Positions 1-15,323 of a stretch of 64,000 nucleotides of DNA are shown here, in pieces. Origin of the DNA: Octopus bimaculoides. Its lineage: Eukaryota. The stretch covers positions 33,383,853 through 33,447,852 of the forward strand of contig NC_069003.1 of assembly GCF_001194135.2 (NCBI RefSeq), written 5' to 3'. The translations under genes and the position numbers were made by a program. Every line of letters begins with the position of its first letter. The stretch's first letter is position 1. The notes under the pieces are model-generated. The model saw only the letters and a program-made list of their open reading frames with translations, did no database searches and was not told where the DNA came from.

Positions 1-26
1 ACAAAACTGCAAAGATCTTGTTATCT
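1..26 (-). CDS. TDRD7: TDRD7-like exon 23, partial (DNKIFAVL...), truncated by window edge
   Basis: tttctatttgtccag acceptor; phase 2 joins exon 22 in frame. Confidence 0.65.
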
Positions 27-84
27 CTGGACAAATAGAAAAATTGTCTCATATAGAAAATTTGTCTCATATATATACATATAT

Positions 85-125
<41 letters not shown>

Positions 126-2042
126 CATACACAGAGGTGCAGGCATGGCTGTGTGGTAAGAAGCTTGCTTCCCAACCACGTGGTGCCGGGTTCAGTCTCA
201 CTGCATGGTACCCTGGGCAACACTCTTTCTAGTCTTCTACTATAACCTCAGGCTGACCAGCCCTTGTGAGTGGATTTGGTAGACGGAAACTGAAAGAAGC
301 CTGTTGTATGTATGTATGTATGTATGTCGTCCGCTTTCCATGCTAGCATGGGTTGGACGATTTGACTGGGGACTGGCGAACCGGATGGCTAAATCAGACT
401 GGAGTCTGATGCAGCCTTCCAGCTTACCAGCCCTGGTCAAACAGCCCAACCCATGCCAGCAAGGACAATGGACATTAAATGATGATGGTGATACATACAT
501 ACATACATACATACATACATACACACACATACTCAGACCAAGTCATATTTATATACACATACAAACATGTATAGACATCTATATACATTACAGATGCAAC
601 TCGTTTTTTGACAGCTGAGCATACTGCAGCAATGTGAAAATAAAGTGTCTTGCTCAAGGACACAGCATGCCCCAGGAATTGAACTCATGTTGCTCCAATC
701 CACTCAGCTATATATATAAACCTATATAGACACACACACACACACACAAAGAAAGATTGAATAAGTTTGGTATTTACTTAGTCACAGCTTCTGCCACACA
801 AGTCTTGCCAAGTGCCATTTCCATCAACTTGTCAATGGCACCAATATTACAAGAATATTGCTCTAAACCAGCAAGAACACAAGGAATTGCCTGCAAAAAA
901 AAAAAAATAATAATAATAACAGAATGATACAAATAATATTTCTTCGTGTCCCCTTCCTTTGTGGCACAGAGGAGAAGGGGTGGAATACAAATTAAACTCT
1001 AATGTCTTAAAAAGAAAGAAAAGAAAAACTGAATAATGGTTTCCCCCAGCTGTGAGGTTTTTGTCTCGCAAGTTACTCAGCAACCCTGCTACTTATTCAA
1101 ATCCTCAACGCTACAACATAATGCATAAACTAATTCAAAACAATGAAAATGAATGAGTATTAATTCTGACAAAATATTGTGAATGCTAAAACATTAAATA
1201 CTGCGTAAGGCTGAAGGGTCAATGTAGGGAATGATGGGTGACCAATGATACACAAGTTGGGGGAAAATAGAGGAACGTAAAAGAGAGAAGAAAGATAGTA
1301 TTAGGGGTAGTACAAGCCCCACTCAATCACACACGTTACTAAAAGACTGTAAAGAATATGAAGAACTGAGATTTTTCTCACCTGGTATGGTAAATAATTC
1401 AAGTTAGAATCTAGCAGACGTAACTGATTGAGTACTAGTCTATCAGAATCTCCATGGTCAAGGAATAGGCATTCCACCTAAGAGGAAAAAAAGAAAGCAT
1501 AAACAACATTATATAATCAAAACAATACTGAAGTGAGCCCTAGCAAGCAAGGAGCTTTTGAAACACATCGTTATCTATGCTACTAATTCCAGCCCACTTG
1601 CCCAAGAAAAGAGAGAGGAGACCATTGTGTGGTAAGAAGCTCACTACCCAATCATAGGTTTCCAGGTTCAGCCCTATTGCATGGCACTTTGGGAAAAGGT
1701 CTTCTATTATAACCTCAAGCCGACCAAAGTCTTATGAGTGGGTTTGGTAGACAGAAACTGAAAGCTTATATATATATATATATATATATATATNNNNNNN
1801 NNNNNNNNNNNNNNNNNNNNNNNNNNNNNNNNNNNNNNNNNNNNNNNNNNNNNNNNNNNNNNNNNNNNNNNNNNNNNNNNNNNNNNNNNNNNNNNNNNNN
1901 NNNNNNNNNNNNNNNNNNNNNNNNNNNNNNNNNNNNNNNNNNNNNNNNNNNNNNNNNNNNNNNNNNNNNNNNNNNNNNNNNNNNNNNNNNNNNNNNNNNN
2001 NNNNNNNNNNNNNNNNNNNNNNNNNNNNNNNNNNNNNNNNNN

Positions 2043-2077
<35 letters not shown>

Positions 2078-3217
2078 TTTTATTTGTTTGTTACTACAGT
2101 TGACACCACAACCCTAACCCTAACCACAACTCACATGTACACGCCAGTCTCATTTCTTTTCGTTCTTATTTTTACTTGTTTCAGTCATAAGACTGTGGCC
2201 ATGCTGGGGCGCCCCTTGAAGGATTTTTAATCAAATAAATTGACCCCAGTACCTTTTTAAGCCCAGTACTTATTCTATCAGTCTCCTTTGCCAAACTCCT
2301 AAGTTACATGGACATAAACACACCAACACCGGTTGTCAAGTGGTGCTGGTGGTGGTAAACAGACACGCACACACATATATATACATCCAATGGGCTTCTA
2401 GTTTCTGTCTACCAAATCCATTTAGAAGGCTTTTGATTGACCTGAGGTTGTAGAACACATTACTTGCCCAAGGTGCCACACTGTTGAACTGAACCTGGAA
2501 CCATGTGGCTGGGAAGCAAACTTCTTACCACACAACCACTTCTTATATAAACATTTCATATTTAATAAATCACACTTGAAGCCATTTTCTTTTTTTTTTT
2601 TGTCATAAGCCCCACTAAACACCCATTTCTCATTGGAAAAGGTATGAATACCAGGTTCCCGTCCTTGTCAGTTAAGTTGCTGTAGAAGGGAAGGACACAT
2701 ATGTGACGCACTGTTGCCAATGTCACAATGAAGAAATCCAGTACAACAATAACACTTACAGTTCTTCTGCTCTCCTTCATCTGTAAAACCTTCACCCGGT
2801 GATAAAAGCCCTCCACTTCAGCAGCACAAATGTCCCCTTCTCGGATCTGGTCATTAGATAGTTCAGGAAACCACTTTTCAATTTCTTTCTCAAGTTTTTC
2901 AAGTTTATCCTAGAGTGGGGAAAGAGAGAGAGAGAGAGAGGGAGAGAGGACAGTGCTTTAGAGAATCTCATTCAAACATTACAAAAGGTAAATCTAACAT
3001 TCAGATTAACTGTTCCTGTCACCAGTTGTTCAACAATTCAATCCTATATTGCTGAGATGAGGAATATAAATCATGTATACCGTTTACATTAGTCAAACTG
3101 GTGTCCTTATTTTGATCATTACTTTCATTACATTTCCGGCATACAATATTCTAACCACTAAGCCACATGCCTTCACTATATCACATATACAATACATACA
3201 TATATATATCACATACA

Positions 3218-3252
<35 letters not shown>

Positions 3253-3660
3253 TATATACATATACAATACATATACAATATTACATATACAATACATACA
3301 AATATATATTACATATACAATACANNNNNNNNNNNNNNNNNNNNNNNNNNNNNNNNNNNNNNNNNNNNNNNNNNNNNNNNNNNNNNNNNNNNNNNNNNNN
3401 NNNNNNNNNNNNNNNNNNNNNNNNNNNNNNNNNNNNNNNNNNNNNNNNNNNNNNNNNNNNNNNNNNNNNNNNNNNNNNNNNNNNNNNNNNNNNNNNNNNN
3501 NNNNNNNNNNNNNNNNNNNNNNNNNNNNNNNNNNNNNNNNNNNNNNNNNNNNNNNNNNNNNNNNNNNNNNNNTATATCACATACAATATATATATATATA
3601 TATCACATACAATATATATATATATATATCACATACAATATATATATATATATATCACAT

Positions 3661-3702
<42 letters not shown>

Positions 3703-6441
3703 TATTACATATACAATACACACAAATATATATTACATATACAATACATATATATTACATATATAATACAAAAACACTCTGCAGACTGTGATAGTCAATA
3801 AAGTAGAAATAAAATTTAAGAAGTGTATTCTTGCTGTGTGGCAGTACAAAATAATCCATGGCCTGGTACTGGCCCAGAGCCTTGTCATTAGGGACCCCCT
3901 GCTTAACTGGAAAAGGGAGAGATGTTTTATTGAAAAACAGAGACAGTAACAGCTGGCTTTCCATCTTTTAGTAACTAAAAGATTGAAAGCCGGCTGTTTG
4001 ACCAATGTTATCAAAAGACAGAGAGAGGCAGATAAAAGTTCTATGGATGAAAGACGGAGGGGAAAAGTAATGGCAGAGGTACTCACTGAGTAATTTTCAC
4101 CAACAATGCGTATGATGACGTCCGTTGTAGATGACAAAAAGCACACGTAGACATCCCAGAATCTATCAGCAGGCAACATTAAAGGTGCTGCAAAATAAGG
4201 TCAAATGACAATATCATTGTTGAAAGAAATGAAATAGGGGTAACTTTTGTTAATTAGCAACAACTGGTAAAGTTAAGTGAACAGGTTGAGAATAATTTGT
4301 TTTGATGTTGTTATTATATCTAAGACATAGCAACATTTTATAGAGGAATGACTCAAGAGCTACTGAGGGACACCTCCTGCATGAAAACCTAACAGTTAAG
4401 AGTGCTAGCATACTTAATGAGGTCAGTAAAGCAATGTTATATAGGAACAGATAAGACATTATCTGAATCGGTTCTAAATTCTAGGCAAACATACGAGACG
4501 TGTGTGTGTGTGTGTGTGTGTTTATGTACATTGACCCTTTTTATATCAATACATCTGAGATGAACCCTGATTCCACAATACAAAATTCCTGCTTTAAAGT
4601 GATTTAACCCATTTAATCCAACCACATCTATCCAAAATATTCTGCCTCTTATGTTCAAACTGGCTAGATCTTACATCTTACCTGATAATGTCATTGTAAT
4701 ATTACACAACCACATCATCCAAACTTCAAAGCTAAGAGATAATGCATGATTAATTGAATACAATATGAATAAATAAGCATTACAGTTGACAGAGTGCTAA
4801 AGGGTTAATTTAAGACAAGCCCTTAAAATTCTTAATATATATGTTCCAAATAACAGCTTACTGATGACAAAATTATTTTACTAAATTTTTAATTTGTTTT
4901 TTAAATTAATCAAAACAAGTGCAATGTGTTTCAACAGAAGTATAAAAACAAAAGAGTTAATGACAAAAAAGTAGCAAAAGAGAGGATCCCTAAAGATTAA
5001 CCATTCCCTTCGAAGCCTGAAAGACACTGTGTCCCCTAAAAATTGCAGACACTCCATATAGCACCAATGGAGTATAGCACCCACATTTGGACTGCTGCTG
5101 CCGCACATAGATGTGCCCCCAACTATATCCAGAAAATACCAAGAAGAGAAAAGACATAGTCGAACCTGGGTGAGTTTGAACACAGAACATAAAAAGCCAA
5201 AACAAATACTACATGGCCTTTTGTCCAACATTAAATGGTTCCACCAATGCATCACTTTTATAATTTCTAACAGGCAAATACGATGTTGAGTCAATTATAT
5301 CAATCCCACTATTTACCAGGTACTTCACTAAGACAGGTGAGATGGCAAGATTGACCTAGGCTAGATTTGAACACAAAACGTAGCCTTTCATTACAGCACT
5401 TAGTTCATCTTCTCCTGTGGGGTATAACTTGAAGGAAGACAGGTTTTGCCTCTCCAGTGCCTTTCTTTCCTCCATTTCTAAACTGAATCCCTCGCTGACC
5501 CCCCGGACCTTCTCAAAAACAAAAAAAGGGTTCTGTTTCATATTTTAGTAATCTTCTTGGTTGTTTCTTGAATCTGAGAAAAATGATTCAACAATTTCTT
5601 GTTGAACAGGCTGCACAGATGATTGGTTTATAGTGATCAGGTGGTTTTTCTGTACATTAGCTCACTCCCTCCAGCAAATCGATATTACCTGAACAGGTGC
5701 ACAAAGTGCCACACATCAGGTGACAAAGTGATCGCAGGGCAATGTGAGATGAGTTTGCTCATGAACACAACACACCAGCCAGCCCTGGAATTGAAACCAC
5801 TATCTCACAACTGTGAGTGAAACACCCCAACCTCGAGGCAACATGCCTTCACTATTTTAGTAACAGGAGTCTGATAATTAATTTTAAAATGTGTGGGTGT
5901 GTATGTGCGTGCTTCCATGCATTTCCAAAATGCAGGCATGCATTTAAGAAGCCAACATGCCATGTACCAGCATCTGCATCCAAAAACATATCAAAAACCA
6001 AACATTGCTGCAATAAAACAGGATCCAAGAAGAAATTGTCACCACCACCATTTTAACCATTATTATTATTATTATTATTAACCCTGTCATGCTGACATGC
6101 AAGCAAACCACTCTACTCCATTTGAAGCACCACCATCTATAACACCTAGTCTTATGAGAAGACAATTTCCTTTTTTTTTTTTTTTTCCAATCAGTCATAG
6201 GAATGTTTTTCAAAGACATAACAGTTATTCATAATCAATTTCAATTTTTTTTTTTCTTTCTATTTGTTGTGGGCCCCCCCTGGGTAGCATTTGCTTACAC
6301 AGTGACTACATACTTCTTGTCTGTCAGATTGATTTCATGTGTGTTTATATATATTTAATAATTCGATACTTGCAAATAAATGGGTAATGATTTATAAACA
6401 ACTAATTAGTAAAGTGGAAAAATTATCAAATATATAATACA

Positions 6442-6485
<44 letters not shown>

Positions 6486-6838
6486 TTATATATTTCACTT
6501 AGGCATAGAGATATTAATAACCTATTGCTAGAACTCATCATACATCTGCTTCAGAATTAGGCATTAGGCGAGGACAGAGAGTAATATGAAATTAAAGAAA
6601 TATGATCCAATCAGAACACTAAATCTAATTCACTGTGAGAAAGTCTGCCTTTTTTTAACAATTTACTCCTCATTCTATTTGCCTCTTCATTACTCATCCT
6701 CTTTTTTTTCTTCTTTTCAATATCTTATTCCCTCTTTGTCTTTTCTCTCCCTCTCTCACAAACTTCATTTGTATCCTTTTCCAAGTTATTTCATTTAATA
6801 TTTTTCATCTTTTACACACACACACTTTCACTTGCAAT

Positions 6839-6882
<44 letters not shown>

Positions 6883-9063
6883 ATCTAACTCTACTGCCCC
6901 TATTCAATCGACTTCATGAAAATATAAGTGATTACAAAACTTTCCTTTGAGAAACTTAGAGAATATTTGTGAAAATGTTTGCACTATATCTATGCATCAT
7001 ATCAAAAGCAAACAGAAATTTTTCCATTTCAAATTTCGTTCCATTATACACAAACATGTAAACCATAATCCTTTGAATGATGAAAGCCTTGGCTTATATT
7101 CTGCGCCCACATTGACTATGTGATTATTGTTAAGCAATATATTGATTTCATTAAACATATTGATTATAATACAGTAATATAGTATACATACTGCATTATT
7201 TGTTCACACATTAGAATTTTTGAATTCAACATGGGCCATCCAAAAAAAAAAAAATGTGTGATTAAAACAGAATGTCTGGCAACAACAAAAGGAGAGAAGA
7301 ACAGCTGAATCAAACAAACAAACAAACAAAAATGGGACAAAACAACTGAAACAAATGTCTGAATATGGACATAGGTGTGGAGAATATAATTCTGTTTCTG
7401 CTGCACAAGACAGACTGGCTCAAGAAAAGCTTAATATATTTCAGAGCAATGCACTGAGCCAACTTTGACAGTCTGTGAATATTTAAATGCCAATTGATAA
7501 TCATCATTAAATGAACAGGATATGCAGACAAACATCCCCATGAAAATAGTAGTGGAATACAAAAAGTAACAGCAGAGCAAATAAGTAGAATGCTGAAAGA
7601 CCAAACTGAATATGTACAGCAGGACAACAGATGATAAAACATTCAAAGTAGAAGCCTATTAATCCTTAGACCAGCCATATCTGGACCAAATATTCGATTT
7701 GGTTTAAGTTGAAACTAGCCAGATCCAGTCTCTCACATCTAAGCTACAATGTCATTCTAAAACTAAATATGTCTATCATTAAAATCGTGAAGCCTATGAG
7801 ATAATGCAGGATTAATTCAGAATAGATAAGCATTACATTCGACAGAATAATCCGAATGCTAAGGAGTCAAAGGATTAGCAGAGAATGGCGATTTCAATGA
7901 CTTTCAAGAACAGGATGTCTCGTATGTTAGACACCTACATAACGCAAGGAGTCTCTTTGGCAATGTCTGCTCATATGGTAAAGCTTACACACGGCCTGCT
8001 GAATTGAAATCTCCGTGTTACTTTGAGGCAAAGATAAAACTGAACAAGTTGCATCATCTTCCATCAATTATTCTTTGGTAATTCGATGTTACTCGTACTG
8101 GAATCAGTTCCCTTGAAAATATTCATTCATATAATAACGTGCTGGCTTGGGCTTCTCTCAATGGCAGAGAAATCAAAGCCCCCAGGATTTATTTAGTCCT
8201 GAATCACAACAGTTTTATGCAAGCAAACAAGACATATACTGGCAGGAAACCACCTGGTGGGCAGTGTTTCTGCATGTTTGTGTGTCTCATCATATATACA
8301 CACATATAAATAAGATTTGGGAGACAACATCACTTTGGGTATGCATTCTCACACTGAATGAAATGATGGTAGGGTCTAATGAAAGACATATTTAAACAAT
8401 CACCTGAAGAGGTGAATTTTACACCTTAGATGCATGATACTAATTACACATCTCACCAATGCATTACAGGTGTGAAAATGTGTCGAAACAATTGCAGTGA
8501 TTGTAAATAAAGAATGTTATTCATTCCATTTTCTATCAGTTATCTATTTGTGTGTGTGTGTGTGTCATACCAGCACGGGGGCATTTTATGTGCTGATGCC
8601 ACGTAAAATGCACTCCTGCCAGGCCCACATAAATGCATCCATGCTCATGGTATATAAAAAAATCACCCAGCATACTGTTAAGTGGGTGGCTTTAGGAAGG
8701 ACATCCAGCTGTAGAGGCCATTCCAAAACAGAGAACTGGAGTCAGGACATCTCTCCGGCTTACCAGCTCCTATCAAACCATCTAACCCATGCCAGCATGG
8801 AAAACAGATGTTGAACAATGATGATGATGATGATATATAATATGTGCATGTGTGTAATATCTTTGAATTATCAGCAAAGCAATCATACGAGTTTCAAAAA
8901 AGGGAAAGAGATACGGATACCTGGAAACTGTTGATTATATGACATAGCAGCTAGAAGCTAGCGGTTGAATGAAAGAGAAGGCAATAGTGGGAGAGGAGAT
9001 ATTTTAACAAAAACAAAATACTGAGAAGTAGTAGTGGTAATAGTAGTAGAAGTGATACTAGCT

Positions 9064-9095
<32 letters not shown>

Positions 9096-11362
9096 TATAG
9101 AAAAGCGTCAGTTAGTCATGCAAAAACCAACACCGTTGGAAGAAGAAGCAGTAAAATGAGGATTAAAGAGTTAGTAATCAGTTTGTAAAGAACTACAAAT
9201 CCAACAAATGGAGGGAGATGTATTCCTGCTAAAACCATCGCAATTCTCTTAAAGAAGGGAAAGGGGAGTGGTGGGAGAAGGAGGGGAGGGAGATTTTACA
9301 TGAGAACAAACAGGATGGGTGAGGAAAATAGACAGGATTGTAGAAAGATGAGAAGGTGGGGAGAGCTAACTGTACCAAAGACAAACAAAATATCAATTAT
9401 CATGAAGCCAAGGGGAACCTCTGCTAGAAATAGCAGCCAAATAACCCTCAAATCATGCCCTACCGTCTTAACCCTTTAGCATTTAAACCGGCCATATCCA
9501 GCCTAAATAATCTTCCTGTTTTATGTTCAGACTGACCAGATCCAGCTTCTCACACCTACCCTACAATGTCATTCGAAAAATAACAATCGAGTCATTGAAA
9601 TCCTGAAGCTACAAGATAATGTATCGATTAAATTGAAAAGCAATGCAGGTAAATACGCATTACATTTGATGGAATAACCTGAATGCTAAAAGGTTAAGAA
9701 AAAGAGATTACATAATGCAGCTCAGGGTAGACCCTTACTAAGAAAGATGGAACAGTCAGGGCTTGAAACCATGACATTGTCATCCGTCTTTGAGGAAAAG
9801 TCTGCTGGCTCAGCACTGACACTTGTAAACAGCCACACATTAAATGAATTTTGTGAGTAAACAGTTGACAGTTGCAACATTTCTAGGTCTCGTTCTTCAA
9901 CAGGACCTCACTTATAAATACACATATCCACACAAGGGAGTATTTAACCAACCCTATAGCAGTGCTTCTCAACCATTTCTTTCCTATGGATCCCTTTGAT
10001 TCCTATTTTATTCAGATGGACCCTAGTGATTTGTCGCTTTAAAAAAAATTCCCTTTTACATCTTTATATTTAAATATTATTAGGAATTGTATAAACAAAA
10101 AATTCTAATATTCTATGCATTGTAGGAGAATGATGGACTCTCTCATCGAAAACAGCCAAATGACTTGGTTTATAGGGGTCAAATGACTGATTATAAGTTT
10201 GATTGACCAGAGGTAACACATGGCTAAACAACAATAATATACAATAAACAGGGAAGCCTCTTTTTGAGTTGCACAACCTGATAGAAATAACAGCCAAATG
10301 TCCTTCAAATTTCACCCTACAATCTTAAAATGATGACGGACACATTAGCAGAGCTAACAGAGAAGCCTGTTTTAGGTTGTGCAACCTGATAGAAATAGCA
10401 GCCAAATGTCCCTCAAATCCCATTCTCCCATCGGAAAATGAGAAAGGACATGCTTAATAATGTAGTCCTTGATAGACCATATCTCAAAAAGAGAAGACAA
10501 GATGATTGCAACAAACATGCCTTTAATCATAGATCTGTTTATAGTAGAGACAGAACTTGATGGCAATTAGGGGGTATTCCGGTCATGCTACAGTCTCCTT
10601 TTCTGTCTTTTCTAGAAAGTCTGATCTAAGCAACAAACAAGATGACACTGCTATATTTCAAGACATAACTCCAGGTTCACTGAAAGAAGCCATTACAAAA
10701 TGTGCACAGGAAGAGCAAACCGTTGCATTTCTGCCATGACCACCACTGCAGACCAATATTCAGGACGATTATTATTCTACTCATTAACTTTTTTTTTAAA
10801 TATTAGAACTTTGACACATTGATGAGGAAATGAGAAAAACTAAATAGGTCAAAACCCATTTCTACAAATGAAAACTTAAGTTTCTTGGAATGGGTGCAGA
10901 GAATGGGGGGTACGAATAGTTGGGTGTATGTGGAGGAGGAGGGCAGGGGGCAAAGGTCAACAGAAATGGATGGAACGAGGAGGAAAACAAATTTTAGAAA
11001 GTTTAAAAACCCAGCAATCACTATGGATTATATAGATATGTTATATATATATATACATACATAAATAAATATAAATATATATATATATATACATATAGGT
11101 ATATGTTAAATATTTGATCCATACCACCACCTGCAAATTTCTCATCACGTACGCTATCCACACATAAAGTGGGAGGAGAAGGAGAAGGAGGAGGAGACGT
11201 GGGGGAGCAGACCCCATTTTCTGGAAACAAAAACAGAGGTAGTTTCGTTCATATATATACAATAATGAGTGTGTTCGTTTATGTGTCAGAATGTATGCGT
11301 GTGTGAGTGTATGTGTTTGTAATAGGTTCTTATATGCAAATGTATGCTTGTGTAGAGGCTAT

Positions 11363-11397
<35 letters not shown>

Positions 11398-14300
11398 ATT
11401 GTGTGAGAGAGCATGTGTGTGCGTGTGATGTAATGTATGTACTGAACATTAATAATAAGCTTGTGAAGTTGTACATTACTTCATAAAATTAAGTCATTGA
11501 TGATGTACAAACAATGTACATATATATAAAATTTGCAAACAATACAGAAAAATATGGAACAAGTTTATAACAATCAATTGATCAGAATGACAAAACAAAA
11601 GTTTACACAACATAAAAATAAGAATTTGGCAATGCTCTCCAGATCAGTGGTAAACTACTGCTGTCTAACAGGTTTCATGTGGCTGTCATGGCCTTTAAGT
11701 CAACACTGGTTACAGTATAAGGTTCAAACTCAAGATCCATGTGATATTCAGAAATATTTTTTCATGCTCAGAAATGCTGATGCGTGGAAATAAACTACCG
11801 ACATCAGTTGTTAGGTGTCGTCAAGACCACAACATCCTTCAAAACTTGAAGACTTCATGAAATTCGCCAACAGTGTGCCTGATGCCTCTTCTTCCCTCAT
11901 TTTACTTTTAAGTGACTCATTCACTGTCCACTTCCGGCACATTGTTCTAAGTACTGTTCATGCACTTTTAGCTATTTTTGCTGAGGAGTTATTAGCACTC
12001 TTAGAACACTGCAAACATTAATTTCATTAATTAGTTCTTTAGAAATTACAATAATTAAAGACAAAGTAAAGGATTCTGAGACAAATGTAAACTCTGAAAG
12101 AAGAAAGTTTAGTCTTTGACAGTTTTCTGTTACAATCATAACTTTTAAGGAGTTTCCACAAATTTTTGTGACAGGTCAAAATATGGCATCCTGGTATTAT
12201 CAAATACTTGCTGAAAAAGGGTTTAGCTCCCAAGTTCATTCATGCTGACACGGTTGCTACATTAGGGAATGATGCTCCAGCTTTATCAACACTGCAAAAG
12301 CAAGCAGCTGAATTTAAGAGAGGAAGGGAGAGTCTTGAAGATGACCCCAAGGTCTGGACATCGTGCAGCTGTCACCATTTAGGAAAACATTGACTGCGTT
12401 TACTACATTGCATTCACCACATTAGACGATGATGATCCAGCTTTATCAACACTGCAAAGTGGGAAGCTGAATTTAAGAGAAAAAGGGAGAGTCTTGAAGA
12501 TGGCTCAAGGTCTGGACAGCCTGCAACTGCCACCATTTAGGAAAACATTGTGTTCACCACATGGAGATGGATGACAGACAAATCCTCTTCACAGTCTTTC
12601 CAAGTCCTGCCACATTTCACCTGAAACTTTTGATCCACCAAAACAACATCTTTTGGTTGTAGATTTCAATCTGCAAAATTTAACTCATTTGCCAGAATAT
12701 ACAATATTTTTTTCTATCACAACAATATAATAAACAAACAAACAAAACAAAAAAACAGTAAAATGAGAAGAATTTCTTTTCTTTTTTTAAGTAGAGGAGA
12801 TAAGGAAGAAAAAAGCAGGTAGGGTGGAGAGGGGTCAGAGATCATGGAATATTTACCTGGTTCGTTCTCCTCTGAGTCAGCTTCAGGAGTCTGACTGAGG
12901 TAGGCCAATTTGCTGTTCACTAAAATATCATTGATGGATAGTTTTGACGATGATTCAGGGTTGATTAGAAGTACATGACAAACTTTGTTATCTAAAGAAT
13001 TGGGGAAAGAAAAAAGAAAATAGAAAAACAAAACATGAAAAGTAACAGGCTGACAATGTTTTTGTTCTTCACACTAACACTTCTACTCAACTACAACTCC
13101 AATATAATTTTCAATTTCCCTACATCACTTTTCTTCACTCATCCATATTCCATCCCTAAAGGAACTTCAGACCCAAGATTTTGTGTGTTATTCAAAATTG
13201 CATCTGGACTTTCCTATGAAATTTGATATAGACTAAGAAACGAGAACACTGTTTCAAGACAAACAGACAAACATTGATGTTTTTAGATACAGAATACATT
13301 ATTTTCGTAAAGATGAGTGTCGTTAGCAGTGAAGGGTGGAAATGATATCCAGCCACAAAATTAATATAATTTCACATTAAATAACAAATTTAACTGAATT
13401 AAACACAAAAATGTTAAACAACCACAGAATTTACCAATTAATACTGTTCTAGCTTGAAGTTGATCCTGAGCAAGTGCTCCAAATTCCTGCTTTGAAGCTT
13501 CAAAGTCTCTTTCCTCCTGATGAGAAAGAAAATAATCAATTAATTATAGAATCATAACAGTCATTTAACAAGCATTAGTTTTTTTTTTTTCTTTTGAGAG
13601 GTTTGTAAATCATCAAAAGAGCCAAACTTAGAATGGCTGAAATGGGGTTCCTCTGAAGGGTCTTTTGGTGTAATATCACTCGACAGGTTGTGTAACTCAG
13701 AGATCAGAAAATTGGAGGAAAGAATCGTAAAGCCAACCCAACCATTAGGAGACTTAGGGTTAGACCAAGAATGAGATGGTTGGATAATATCAAGAATCTC
13801 TGTTGGTCACGCTTGGAAATTTGGCTGTAAAGTGTGATGGTGGATGCTTCTGGAAGAACCCTATGAGGAAGTGCTTAGACATACATATAAACACACATAC
13901 ATATAAAACAACAATATGAAACTGAAAGTCCTACCTGTGGTGGTATGAGTTGAAACAATGCACAGAGAATAGCCTGAGCAGGATAGTGGGCAACAGAGGT
14001 GGGCAGTTTGGTGATTCGGTCAATAGAAACCCTCTCTGTGTTACCATAATCCACATAGTATACTTCTACTTCTCCCTGTAAAGCAATCATGAAACCAGAT
14101 GGTTGAGAGACAGGTGACAAACAGACAGGCTGATAGAGAAAGGGGCAGGCTAAATTGACAGGCAGACAAACAGGTAGGGAGATGTGAAAAAGGCAGAGTG
14201 ATAGAGAGACAGGAAAATAAATGGAGTGAGGGAGAGAGAAAGAAAGACATGGAGACAGACTAAATACACTGATAGGTAGGTAGAGAGGGATAAACTAAAT

Positions 14301-15289
14301 AGACAGAGAGACTGGCAGACTAGAAGAAAACAGATGTAGATGGAAGGTAAAAACAAGAACAAAGGGAACAACTATATGTGGGGTGTGGGGGAGATGTTAA
14401 GATGAAAATAAAAACCTTTTCTTCATCAATGTCTAAGATAGATGCTCTGTACCAGGCATCGTTGTCGGAGTACTGTGCAACGCAAAATCCACCAATCTGC
14501 AGAGCTTTTATATCCACATGACGTTTCTGGAAATAAAACAAAGTCAAATATATCTTAAAAACACATTGATTGGTAGATTACCAGAATTGATTAAAACATC
14601 CCCAGTATTGTGGCATAAGTTTGTTGACTGATCAGATAGAATGTCTAGTCCCATAGGTCAAGCTATAGATCCCTAAACCCTAAAATAACACTAACCCTGC
14701 TGGTTAATTCTTCTTCGTTTCCTCTAATATTCGTGGCCTCCAATCCATCCTGTACTTCATTGCCTATAAACATATACACCAAACACCTTGTTCCTCTCAG
14801 AAACATATTCATCTTTCTCTCTCTCTCTTTCTCATTTACAGCCCAGGTCTCCTGTCTAGACAGCACTCCAAACTTGACCTTCACACTGAAAGTTGGAATC
14901 TGTGCACATAAAGATTCCACTTTACCTACCACTCACCTATATACCAGCAACCTTGTTCAAAAAATTCGTCATATAGGAAAATTCACCGAAAAAGCATCCA
15001 ATCCACACTGTGAAGTGGTTGGCATTTGGAAAGGCATCCAGCTGCAAAAATCATGCCAAAACTATCACTTAACCTACGTTGGTGTGTTTACGTCCCCATG
15101 ACTTAGTGGTTCAGCAAAAGAGAGCAACAGAGCAAGTACCATGGTTTAAAACAAAAATAAATAAGTACTAGGATCAATTCATTCAACTAAAAGTTCTACA
15201 AGGCGGTGCCCCAGCATGGCCGCAGTCCAATGACTGAAACAAGTAAAAGATAAAAGACATCACAGATGTACATGTAGCATACCATAAAA

Positions 15290-15323
<34 letters not shown>

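Noticed and set aside
2110-2130. ccctaaccctaacc telomere-like motif
   Set aside because: Only about 2 units; expected by chance
3073-3801. Long ORFs of H/I/Y/T composition (also 1734-2117, 20689-21361, 33369-33731)
   Set aside because: Products of (TA)n/(CA)n microsatellites and N-gaps
10617-10739. Plus-strand exon-like segment (ttttctag acceptor, KSDLSNKQ...AFLP*)
   Set aside because: No upstream partner exon or recognisable homology; antisense within a TDRD7 intron
11041-11262. Signal-peptide-like alternative frame MGSAPPRLLLLLLLLPLYVW in exon 17
   Set aside because: Arises from a (cct/tct)n repeat read in another frame; splicing onward hits a stop within about 43 aa, while the Pro/Ser frame keeps TDRD7 phase
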